A stretch of 50,314 nt of DNA from Mustelus asterias (taxonomy: Eukaryota), in NCBI RefSeq assembly GCF_964213995.1, contig NW_027591086.1:62001-112314 (forward strand). Reading direction: 5' to 3'. The position numbers were made by a program, and so were the translations under genes. Positions 36,131 to 46,421 of the stretch are shown here, piece by piece (the first letter of the stretch is position 1; the number at the start of each line of letters is the position of its first letter). The notes under the pieces were generated by a model, which was not told the origin of the DNA, searched no databases, and saw only the letters and a program-made list of their open reading frames with translations.

Positions 36131-37015
36131 ATGTCTCCTGTTACTCGGTATTTATTCCTCACAGCGGCAGCTCTGTTAACCGGTAATTTCACAAGTTGCT
36201 CAAGTCTGTGTTACACATCATTACCATACACTATATTCTGTCAGGCAGTTCCTTCAATGCGAGGGGGAGGGGGTCGGTGATGAGGGAACGGATTGATCTC
36301 AACATCGAAAAGTTATCTGGATTTCGCTGGTCTCATCACTGAACACTGTTGGGATTGGGCACATTTCCCCCAGGGATTGATAGAGAATGAGTTGGTCTCA
36401 GATTCCAGCTCCTCTGATACCAGTGAACCACTTTGGCAAACATCACACTTCAAACTGACCGTGAGCAGTTTCCAGTTACAGGGACTGAAGTCGAGGAACT
36501 GATCCCGTTAGAAAGAGCAGAATGTTTATGGTGGAAGTTTTATTTAATCGCCACAAAAACTTCCCAATCCAGCCACTGAACTGTGAGAAATATGTTTCTG
36601 TTTTACTCTCTGATTTCTCTCTCAGATTATTTTTGCCGATAACGGGCGAATTCTGGGGGAAACGGAGTGAAGTCACAATGTTTAATTTAATATTTCTTTG
36701 GATTCTTCCAGGACATTCCCGAGGAGATTCTGTTTCACAGACAGCGGCTGCAGTCACCGTCACTGAAGGAGATGATGTTCGGTTGCTCTGTAATTACACA
36801 ACTACAAACAACAGCCCTTATCTATTCTGGTACCGTCAGTATCGCAGTGGATCCATGGAATATCTGCTGAAGACAAATAAATACACCGGGGACACAGGGA
36901 GATCCAAAGGGGACCGTATTTCAGCGGAACTCGATGATACAACCCGCACGGTCCGGCTGAAAGTGTCTAAAACAGAGTTGGCAGACTCCGGGGTTTATTA
37001 CTGCGCACTGAGACC
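36131..37015 (+). CDS. TRAV/DV: TCR alpha/delta V segment V6 (leader 36131-36182, V exon 36712-37015), open
   Basis: MSPVTRYLFLTAAALLT-g|gtaatt; ttccag| GHSRGDSVSQ..LLCNYTT..LFWYRQYRSGSMEYLL..DSGVYYCALR + RSS. Confidence 0.93.
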
Positions 37016-37054
37016 CACAGAGACACAGAGCTGGGCTGAACCTGTACAAAAACT
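37016..37054 (+). other. 23-RSS of V6
   Basis: cacagag + 23 nt + acaaaaact. Confidence 0.93.
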
Positions 37055-37234
37055 GCCAGAGCCTCGCTCAACATAACAGAGCATTAGGAAAACATTATGA
37101 TCAGAGTGAGTCTGATGTGGAACCTGAAATCGTGCTGGTATCTCAAACTTTTAATTCCTATATATATATATATGTATTATTTATAAATATATTACCAAAC
37201 TAAAACAATGAGGGCAACTTAGAGAATGAACATT

Positions 37235-37530
37235 TGACTATTTGTACAGTTTGATGTCCCAAAGTGTTTCCCTGTCACTGTGGAAAACACAGCAGCCAAT
37301 TTGGACTCAGTGTGACATTTCATTCAGCAATATTGTAGTGTTCTGTCTGTTTCAGGAATTGTGATTGGTGAACAGAAATCAAACAGGACATTTCTCTGCT
37401 CTTCTTGGAAACAGTGACCATGTGATGTGTCACCTCCAGCTGAGAGGGAACACGGTGCCCCCGATTGAACAGGTCACCGAGAGGCTGGCCGCTCTGACGG
37501 TGCAGCGTTCCCTGAGCACTGCACTGTCTC
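37235..37530 (-). mobile_element. DeuSINE (SacSINE1/AmnSINE-like) remnant
   Basis: ctgctcttcttggaaacagtgaccatg..ctgagaggg..ctctgacggtgcagcgttccctgagcactgcactg resembles the reverse Deu domain. Confidence 0.55.
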
Positions 37531-38074
37531 CTCGGTAAGTTCCCGGATTCTTATTCCTGCCAGACTGCCTGTGTCCTCTGGAGCGGAAAGAATATCTGAA
37601 CCGACTGGAGACAGAATCCGGGAAATCCTAGGAGGTGGTGACCACTCATTAACCCAATCCGGGAAAGAAACGGATTTAAATTTTAAAAATGAAATTAAAA
37701 GTAAACTTTTCTGGCCCGTGGAAATATGAAGACAATGAATTTAATCTCCAGAAAGAAATTTCAGACGAAAACAGAAAGAAAGATTTTTATTGATGCCTTT
37801 TACAGACTTCCGATGTCCGAAAGCGCTTTCTAACCCAAGGAAGCTCATTTCCAGTGTCGCGCTGTGGTGATGTTAGAAACTTTATTAACACAGAAAACAG
37901 TGGGAATGTTTAATTCTCTGTCAGACAGGGTTGCCACGCTGATCCTGGAGTAAAGAGATTGCGGAGTCCAGGTATTTGAAAGTTACTTTGAACTCTCTCA
38001 CACACAGGGACACACGCACACACTCTCCCTCTGTCTCTCGATGCAAAATCTCTGTCAGAGAGTGTGGCAAAACC

Positions 38075-38392
38075 TGTGCAAAATCTCACTAGCTGTCCTG
38101 TCTGGAGACAATACACATCTGTTTAACCTGTGCTTAATGCTCCCTCCACTCACATTGTCTGTACCTTTAAGACTTGATTAGCTGTAAAGACTCACATTCC
38201 AATCATTATTCATGTAAATTGAGTTTGTGTCTTTGTGCCCTGTTTGTGATCAGAACTCCCACCCACCTGACGAAGGGGCAGCGCTCCGAAAGCTCGTGGT
38301 TTTTGCTACCAAATAAACCTGTTGGACTTTAACCTGGTGTTGTTAGACTTCTTACTTTGTTTACCCCAGTCCAACGCCGGCATCTCCACATC
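38075..38392 (+). mobile_element. Solo Penelope-like pLTR
   Basis: Homologous to 27550-27813 and 1241-1464. Confidence 0.85.
38262..38299 (+). ncRNA. Minimal type I hammerhead ribozyme motif (intact core)
   Basis: ccac-CTGACGA-a-ggggc(agc)gctcc-GAAA-gc-TC-gtgg; stem I ccac/gtgg. Confidence 0.6.
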
Positions 38393-39955
38393 TTGTCTAG
38401 GTCACCAGAGGAACAGATTGCGAAATGATGAGACATATCTTTATGGCGCAATGCATGCAGTTAACCTCCAAATCTACTTCAGAGCAGCGGTAATGAAAGC
38501 TCCCAGATGTAGAGATCGTGTAGCCAAAAATTACTGTTATATCATCTTCCAGGGCCGTCAACTGAGATTGCGCCAGCAATTCCTAGAACCAAACATTGGA
38601 TGTGTCAAAGTCTGCTGTAGTTATGAATACTTGGATTGCTCAATAATAATTTCAACACAGACTCACCTCGTTAAAAAGGCTGTATTATCCGACAGTACCA
38701 CGCACCACTTCCTGAATCAGTCGCTAATCAGCCATGCTAAACTCTCCCTCAGTGTACCCGAACAGGCGCCGGAGTGTGGCGACGAGGGGATTTCCACAGT
38801 AACTTCACTGCAGTGTTAATATAAGCTTATTTGCTACACTAATGAATAGACTGAAGCACTGAACTTCTGATCTAACCAATGACAGAAATCGACCAGCGGC
38901 AGCACTGTCTAGAAAAGCACAATGGTGTTGGAATGAATAGCAGCAACCGGAAGCTGTGACCGGGGACACCGCAGACTCAAAGCTGATGGAAGTGCGGGGT
39001 TCTCAGCGGCAGTCGCAGGTGATGGAGAGGAAACAGCGACAGCTGAAACCTGCAGCAGTCTGTGACAACCTGCATCTGCTCACTGCTCAAGTGACTGAGA
39101 AAAAATAGTGTCGGGCGGGCGCGAATGGATCAGAAACAATTGACTCTCCCTGTGGCTCAATGAAAGACCTTTCCCAATTGCTCTTCTCACCCCCCATTCC
39201 ACGAGTTGTTTTCCGTTCTCAAGGTCTGACAATGCCTTTTTGAAATTTACTATTGAATGCTCTTCCCTTATAGTTTGCGGCGCTCTTCTCCAGATGGTAA
39301 CAAATAGCAATGCAATGAATAACATTTATCGATCCCTGTCCACTTTTCTGTGAAAATGGGATGACTTGGTCGTTTATTTATCGAACAGGTGCATTGCTGC
39401 CTTTGTTCGTTCAAATGAACAGCGAACCGGTCTGAGAAACCTTGGGACCTATCTCAATGTCTGGCCCTCTACCACTTCATTAAATATCCCATAACTTACC
39501 CGGAATACTGCTCTGTCCAGATAGGTACAGAAAGCTTTCAGATATGGAGTGACTGTCCCTTAGCACTCCTGACTGGTCTTCCAGAGCTTTCAACTCCGAT
39601 GGAGTCTGGGAAACTCAATGTCTGTCACTCGTCCCTGCAGCCGAACTTAGAATGTGTCACAGACTGGAATGGGATTTATCACAGGAAATAGACAAGGATC
39701 CTTTTAATATTGACTCACGGAATACCACGATTATTCCAATTTGGAAGCACCATGGAACATGCGCTGCCCGGATGACATTTCCACAGAAAATAACCCAATT
39801 TAAATGTATTTTATCCGTTCTTTTTTGATTTTAAAGAGTAAACCCAAATCGGCAACAGGTCTCACTGATCGGGTGACTGTGGCGCGTATCCAAGGGAGAG
39901 AGTGATTAAAAGTCCAGCTCTCTGCACAGGCTCCACTTTCTGGATGATCGCGGCA

Positions 39956-39994
39956 GGTTTTTGTACGGCCCTGTACGGTCTTTGCTACACTGTG
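39956..39994 (-). other. Perfect-consensus 23-RSS of V7
   Basis: Minus: cacagtg + 23 nt + acaaaaacc. Confidence 0.96.
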
Positions 39995-40497
39995 CCTCCA
40001 TCGCACAGAAATAGGTGGCGGTGTCTGTCAGCCGAGCTTCACTAACATTCAGAACGCTGTGGTTCTCTGAGAAACTGTACCGAGCCGTGATCCTGCCCTG
40101 ATCGCTGGTACCGCTCACCAGGTGCTGCACGGTTCTGTCTGGATTTTGTCTGTACCAATGAAGGACCTGTCCAGTTACTGTGGCTGAACAGTTCAACGAT
40201 GCAGTGGCTCCCTCGGTAACAACCACTGACTCCGGAGACTGTGATAGCTCTTCACTGCCAGCGGCATCTGGGAAGAATATGTACATTTGCAGTAATAACA
40301 TATCGTACTATAATGTAGCACAATAAAGTACCATTGTATTCACAATTCGAGATGATACAATAAAGCTGAGTACAATTTAACAGAACATAACATTGCTGAG
40401 GTGTGAAATATTGCTGTCAGAAATAGTGACCACACTTACACTGAGGGAACAGTAAGAAATCCAGGAAAATAATCACCAAAGTGAAGCTCAGGAACAT
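39995..40497 (-). CDS. TRAV: TCR alpha V segment V7 (leader 40497-40440, V exon 40267-39995), open, very short CDR2
   Basis: MFLSFTLVIIFLDFLLFPQ-t|gtaagt; ttcccag| YAAGSEELSQSPES..LNCSATVTGQVLHWYRQNPDRTVQHLVSGTSDQGRITA..DTATYFCAME. Confidence 0.92.
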
Positions 40498-40697
40498 GTT
40501 GGATCCTATCGGCTTGTGTGAAACAGCTGTCAGCAGATCCTAGGCTGAGAGAAGCTCCTGGGAAAGCAATGCTATTGGATATCAAACCGAGCCCCAAACC
40601 AGTCACAGAGTGGCGGTGAGAGCCGGGTCGCTGGGACTTGTGATCACAAAGTGAATCAGTGAGGGAGCTTCAGCATTGATAGTGCGGGGGAGGAGAG

Positions 40698-41220
40698 TGC
40701 GCATGCGGCAGAGCATCCGGTATTGTGACGTCAGAACATCCGGCATTCTGACGTCAGAACATCCGGCATTCTGACGTCAGAGCATCCGCGGCATTGGAAC
40801 CTCATAGAATCATAGAATGCCGACAGTGCAGAAGGAGACCATTCGGCCCATTGAACCCGCACCGACCACAGCCCCACCCAGACCCTCTCCCCGTAACCTC
40901 ACATCTTTACCCCGCGAATCCCCCTGACAGGAGGGGGCAATTCAACATGGCCAGTCAACGTAAAGCACACAGCTTTGACTGTAGGAGGTAACCGGATCAC
41001 CCGGAGGAAACCCGCGCAGACACGGGGAGAACATCCAAACTCCAGACAGACAGTGACCCGAGGCTGGAATCGAACCGGGGGCGCTGTGAGGCAGCTGTGC
41101 TAACCACTGTGGCACCGTGACGCCCAACGTCAGACGTCAGAATGCGGAATGTGTGGCGTCAGAATGTGTGACGTCACCCTATAGCCCATGTGACGTCACT
41201 ATGTAGTGCGAGTGACGTCA
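40698..41220. promoter_or_regulatory. CRE array (6 perfect TGACGTCA) between divergent V7 and V8, split by a SINE
   Basis: tgacgtca at 40726, 40749, 40772 (23-bp period) and 41169, 41191, 41213 (22-bp period); NRF1-like tgcgcatgcg at ~40698. Confidence 0.75.
40803..41125 (-). mobile_element. HE1-like V-SINE
   Basis: catagaatcatagaat..acagtgcagaaggagaccattcggccc ... gctgtgaggcagctgtgctaaccactgtggcaccgtg. Confidence 0.9.
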
Positions 41221-41398
41221 GTGGGTCTGGATTGTGGGTCAGAGACATCTCTCCCGGAGCTGATCTGAATATTCAGCCCTGAGTTGATGGGAATTAACAG
41301 CTGATCTGAAACATCTCTCCCGGAGCTGATGTGAATATCCAGCTGTGAGGTTGCGGAATTAAGATCTAATCAGAAGCAGGGAGGTGCTGCCTTCATGT

Positions 41399-41471
41399 CG
41401 GTTAGTCGCTCAGTGCAGAACGCGTCTGATTATGGATCAGAAGATTTCAAGTTCGATTTCTGGCTGGCTCG
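41399..41471 (+). pseudogene. tRNA-Arg(ACG) pseudogene (anticodon now ATG)
   Basis: aacgcgtctgattatggatcagaagatttcaagttcgatttctggctggctcg is colinear with vertebrate tRNA-Arg-ACG; acceptor stem and A box are degraded. Confidence 0.8.
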
Positions 41472-41511
41472 ATGTAAACTTGACGGTAGTTCAAGCTCTC
41501 TGTTGTGGACA

Positions 41512-41579
41512 GTTTCTGTAATTGTCATCACATTCGCTTCACACGCGAAAGGTCCCCGGTTCGAAACCGGGCAGATACA
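41512..41579 (+). pseudogene. tRNA-Val(CAC) pseudogene
   Basis: atcacattcgcttCACacgcgaaaggtccccggttcgaaaccgggcagataca matches vertebrate tRNA-Val-CAC; ~5-nt deletion in the D-arm/A box; B box intact. Confidence 0.82.
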
Positions 41580-41644
41580 TTATTAAACTTTCTCAGTTAG
41601 GTTGCGGGAAGTCTGCATGATTTCAATTTTTTATGGGCCAAATG

Positions 41645-41836
41645 GTGGCACAATGATTATCACTGATGCCTCACAGCGCCAGGGACCCGGGTTCAATTCC
41701 GGCATTGGCTCACTGTCTGTGTGGAGTGTGCATGTTCTCCCCGTGTCTGCGTGGGTTTACTCTGAGTGCTCCGGTTTCCTCCCACAGTCCAAAGATGTGC
41801 GGGCTGGGTGGATTTGCCATGATAAATTGCCTCTTA
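41645..41836 (+). mobile_element. V-SINE, 3'-truncated
   Basis: gcctcacagcgccagggacccgggttcaattcc..ttctccccgtgtctgcgtgggtt. Confidence 0.85.
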
Positions 41837-42331
41837 GAGATAGACAGTGAGACAACCAAAGGGGCGCAGTGAGAAAAACAATGTCCGAAATGGAATCAGG
41901 AATTCAACAGGGAGAAATAAAAATAACATAATATAATGCAGTCCATGGATAGGCCGAATGGCCTCATTCGATGCTCACCGATTCAATGATTGTCGATGCT
42001 TCATGTCCCAGCCATAAACATTTAATTTTAGACACTTGAACAGTGAGCAGGTGCAGGATGATCAGAGACTTCTGTAGATTCAAGCGTCGCTATTTCCGCT
42101 CCCACAGCATCCAGTGCAGCTGAGAGTCACGGCAAACCCCACTCAATATTGAGCCTGTGGTAACCCTGCCCACAGCTTCCGTTTGCTGCTCTCACTCCGA
42201 CCCGATTGGACAGATTGCTGCCACTGCTCCATTCCTCTCATTGGATCAGGAGTGCAGTGGGACGGGGATCTTTACTTCTGTTTCTGACTGAGGATTTCTC
42301 TCACTACAGAGTTACAGACTCAGGAAGGATC

Positions 42332-42836
42332 ATGGGGATCCAGCTCTTTCCGATCCTCATCATTATCTCACTTCTCAGTAAGTATTTCCTTCCCAATAAA
42401 ACTCCATTCTGCTCCTGACTGCTGTAACCCAGATGTTATTGTTATTAAAACAACAGTGACGATGTTGATGATAATTGCATCGTTTAATCTGAGGCTGACT
42501 CTAATTGTCATTATTGCTGTTACTTCCGTTAGAATGGAGCCAGCAAGACAAAGTGGAACAACAGGATTCTGAAATATCGGTTAAAGAGGAAAGTAATGTC
42601 ACACTGACCTGCTCCTTGGAAACAAGCGATTCCAGCCCTAATGTGTACTGGTACAGTCAGCAGCCCGGGAAAGCTCCAGTGGACATGTTTCAGCTTGTTG
42701 GAGAGAATGTGCAAAGGAATACCGACCTCAATGATCGGTTTTCTTCTATATTTGATAAAAAGAACAAGACTAGCGAGCTGACGATCAGTAACACACTGAT
42801 CTCTGACAGCGCCGTTTATTTCTGTGCTATGAAGCC
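42332..42836 (+). CDS. TRAV/DV: TCR alpha/delta V segment V8 (leader 42332-42377, V exon 42533-42836), open
   Basis: MGIQLFPILIIISLL-a|gtaagt; gttag| KWSQQDKVEQ..LTCSLETSDSSPNVYWYSQQPGKAP..DSAVYFCAMK + RSS. Confidence 0.93.
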
Positions 42837-42876
42837 CACACTGCTGCAGAGATATAGCGAATCCCGTACAAAAACC
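42837..42876 (+). other. RSS of V8 (24-nt spacer)
   Basis: cacactg + 24 nt + acaaaaacc. Confidence 0.9.
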
Positions 42877-43077
42877 CCACACAGGCAGTTCCAGTCAGTG
42901 CCCAGTAGGGTGCGCGCGCACACACGCGGGTAATTCAGTTTCCACAGAGAGAGTGACAGGAAGATTGTTCACATTGCAGCAAAACACAACACTCAAAAAC
43001 AGAAACTGGTGTGGTTCAGTTGCACATTTACATTTGCTAATGATCGTAACTTACATTTGCAATTGAAATAAGATTGA

Positions 43078-43620
43078 CATAGAACATAGAACAGTACAGC
43101 ACAGAACAGTCCCTTCGGCCCACGATGTTGTGCCGAGCTTTATCTGAAACCAAGATCAAGCTATCCCACTCCCTATCATCCTGGTGTGCTCCATGTGCCT
43201 ATCCAATAACCGCTTAAATGTTCTTAAAGTGTCTGACTCCACTATCACTGCAGGCAGTCCATTCCACACCCCAACCACTCTCTGCGTAAAGAACCTACCT
43301 CTGATATCCTTCCTATATCTCCCACCACGAACCCTATAGTTATGCCCCCTTGTAATAGCTCCATCCACCCGAGGAAATAGTCTTTGAACGTTCACTCTAT
43401 CTATCCCCTTCATCATTTTATAAACCTCTATTAAGTCTCCCCTCAGCCTCCTCCGCTCCAGAGAGAACAGCCCTAGCTCCCTCAACCTTTCCTCATAAGA
43501 CCCACCCTCCAAACCAGGCAGCATCCTGGTAAATCTCCTCTGCACTCTTTCCAGCGCTTCCATATCCTTCTTATAGTGAGGTGACCAGAACTGCACACAA
43601 TATTCCAAATGTGGTCTCAT
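43078..43620 (-). mobile_element. Young 5'-truncated CR1-family LINE
   Basis: Uninterrupted ORF RPHLEYCVQFWSPHYKKDMEALERVQRRFTRM...FKRLLDRHM; tail (ttctatg)n; absent from the paralogous arm at ~46770. Confidence 0.92.
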
Positions 43621-44601
43621 TTGACAGATCGTTTGACAGATCGATTTGACAGATCGATTTGACAGATCGATATGAGATACATTGACACATTTTTTTTGGC
43701 TTTCGATACCTTTCCCAGCCTATTTATTCCAAACACGTTCTTGTATTTACTGATTTATGGGAGTTGTGCACATTTCACTTTTCTAGTCTTTAACGTAAGA
43801 ATTTAAAGCTTTTTCTGACACCTTGTACATCCATTCGGAACCTCCCCAATTCGTCTGCTCAGCGATTCAGTCCCACTTTCCATCCTCCTCACTGATGAAG
43901 ATTTCGCTTTGTATTGAATCATTTACTAACCCTGGCACTCCTAGTGCGAGGCTGCTCGGACGCAGTATGGAATGGACATTCAGCTGCCGCTCTTACAGAG
44001 AAGCAAATTTATAGAATTTCTAATGAGACATTGTTATTGAGATGAAATCCTTACAGATAAATCCTAGCTGTCACTTCACTGCGTGTGGTCGCCCCACGCA
44101 CAGCTTTCCTGTGCTGTTCTCACTCTGACCCGTCTCACCTCTGCTGTTTTATTAGAGATTTTATTGGGGATATTGATCTTTGCCGCTTTTCCCTGTTTGG
44201 CACTGATTGGATCAGTAGTTGAATGGGGAGGTAAGATATATCACCATGTCTGAAAGAGGATTTCACAGACTACAAATTAAAAAGTGAGGGAACATCAAAT
44301 GGAAATATATCAGACCATTCATTATTCCATCACCTCTTATGAAGTAGATGTTTCAACTCAACATTCATCCTCCCCCGCATCATAGCTGCTACCCCAAACA
44401 TGATTGATAACAAACTGCTTGTTATGTTGCTGTAAGAATGAATATTGTCGTTCTCCATGTCGAAACAGAGCCACCAAGACTCAGGGGACCGGTCGTTGTC
44501 TGAAATGACGGCTGAAGAGGAAAGTAATCCCCTGTAGTGGGATGACCAAATTCACTTTGTTGCTTTCGTCTCTCCGCCAAGAGGATGAGTGAGGCTCTGA
44601 C

Positions 44602-44640
44602 AGTTTTTGTACAGGTTCAGCCCAGCTCTGTGTCTCTGTG
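44602..44640 (-). other. 23-RSS of V9
   Basis: Minus: cacagag + 23 nt + acaaaaact, identical to the V6 RSS. Confidence 0.93.
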
Positions 44641-45515
44641 GGTCTCAGTGCGCAGTAATACACCCCGGAGTCTGCCAGCTCTGTTTTAGACACATTCAGA
44701 GGGACTGTGCGGGTTGAATCATTGAGTTCTACTGAAAAACGGTCCCCTTTGGATCTCCCTGTGTTTCCGGAGTATTTATTTGTCTGCAGGAGATACACCA
44801 TGGATCCGCTGGTATACTGACGGTACCAGAAAAGATCAAAGCTGTTGCTTGTAGTTGTGTAATTACAGAGCAACCGAACATCATCTCCTTCAGTGACAGT
44901 GACTGCAGCCGCTGTCTGTGAAACAGAATCTCCTCGGGAATGTCCTGTAAGAATCCAAAGAAATATTAAATTAAACATTGCAATTTCACTCAGTTTTCCC
45001 AGAATTTGCCCGTTATCGGCAAAAATAATCTCAGAGAGAAATCAGAGAGCAAAACAGAAACATATTTTTCACAGTTCAGTGACTGGATTGGGAAGACGTT
45101 TGTGGCGATTAAATAAAACTTCCACCATAAACATTCTCTTCTTTCTAACGAGATCAGTTCCTCGTCTTCAGTCCCTGTAACTGGAAACTGCTCACGGTCT
45201 GTTTGAAATGTGATGTTTGCCAAAGTGATTCACTGGTATCAGAGGAGCTGGAATCTGAGCCCAACTCATTCTCTATCAATCCCTGGGGGAAATGTGCCCA
45301 ATCCCAACAGTGTTCAGTGTTGAGACCAGAGAGATCGAAATAACTTTTCGATGTTGTGATCAATCCATTCCCTGATCAACACCCTTGCATTGAGCAAACA
45401 GCCCGACAGAATATAGTGTGTGGTAATGGTGTGTAACACAGAGTGAGCAACTTGTGAACTTACCGATTAACAGAGCTGCCGCTGTGAGGAATAAATACAA
45501 AGTAACAAGACACAT
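44641..45515 (-). CDS. TRAV/DV: TCR alpha/delta V segment V9, paralogue of V6 (leader 45515-45464, V exon 44944-44641), open
   Basis: MCLVTLYLFLTAAALLI-g|gtaagt; ttacag| GHSRGDSVSQ..LLCNYTTTSNSFDLFWYRQ..DSGVYYCALR. Confidence 0.93.
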
Positions 45516-46421
45516 GATTGCAGAGCTCGCGGTGAATTTGACCAGAACGGGTTGAACCTGAATTTGTGTCAGTCAAGAGTTGGGAAAAGGGTGAGTCATA
45601 TCCGGCTCCCTGTTGATTGGTTTACTGTTGAAAACGTCATCAGATGACATCCAATCGGATTCAATCTCCTATGTTCTTCAGTTCAACCAATGACCTCACA
45701 GCTCCTTTATCTGCAATTCATCCTATTGGCGGAGGGACGAAAGGAACAAAGTAAAGTTGATCATCCCACGACAGGGGATTACTTTCCCCTTCAACCGTCA
45801 TTTCAGGAACCGACCGGTCCCCTGAGTCCTGATGGCTCTGTTCTGACATGGAGAATGACAATATCCATCCTCACAGCAACATAACAAGCAGTTTGTTATT
45901 AATCATGTTTGGGATATCAGCTATAGCGCGGGGGAGGATGATTTTTTAGTCAAAACATCTACCTGATAAGAAGTGACAGAACAATGAATGGTCTGAGATA
46001 TTTCCATATGATGTTCTCTCAATTTGTAATTTTGCAGTCTGTCAAATCCTCTTTCAGAGTGGAAATATAGCTTGCCTCCCCATTGGACTGCTGATCCAAT
46101 CAGTGCCAAACAGGGAAAAGCAACAAAGATCAATATCTCCAATGAAATATCCAAGAAAACAGCAAAGGAGAGACGGGTCAGAGTGCGAACAACACAGGAA
46201 AACTGTGGGTGGGGCTACCATAGGCAGTGTGGTGACCGCTAGGATTTATCTGCAAGGAGCTCAACTCAATAACAATGTCAAATTGGAAATTCTGTAACTT
46301 TGCCTCTCTATATGAGAGGCAGCTGAATGTCCATTCCATACTGCGGACCAGCATTCTTGCACCAGGAGTATCGGATTAGTAAGTGATTCAGTACAAAGTG
46401 AAATCCTCATCAGTGATGTTT

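Larger units (their letters stand above)
38020..39105 (-). pseudogene. V pseudogene with V8/V10-type promoter, broken by SINE and pLTR insertions
   Basis: 38855-39100 (minus) aligns to the V8 promoter (42032-42260); decayed leader ending gag|gtgagt ~38667; ttctag|ga att gct ggc, SQLTALEDDITVIFGYT, SGDLDK, then the pLTR, then TLSDRDFASR. Confidence 0.6.

Noticed and set aside
37024-37030. Second cacagag inside the V6/V9 spacer as a nested 12-RSS
   Set aside because: Distance to the nonamer is 15 nt
41399-41471. Functional tRNA-His with ATG anticodon
   Set aside because: The body is tRNA-Arg(ACG) with CpG decay and a broken acceptor stem
43156-43620. 154-aa ORF (and 48819-49370) as host genes
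   Set aside because: CR1 ORF2 C-terminal fragments
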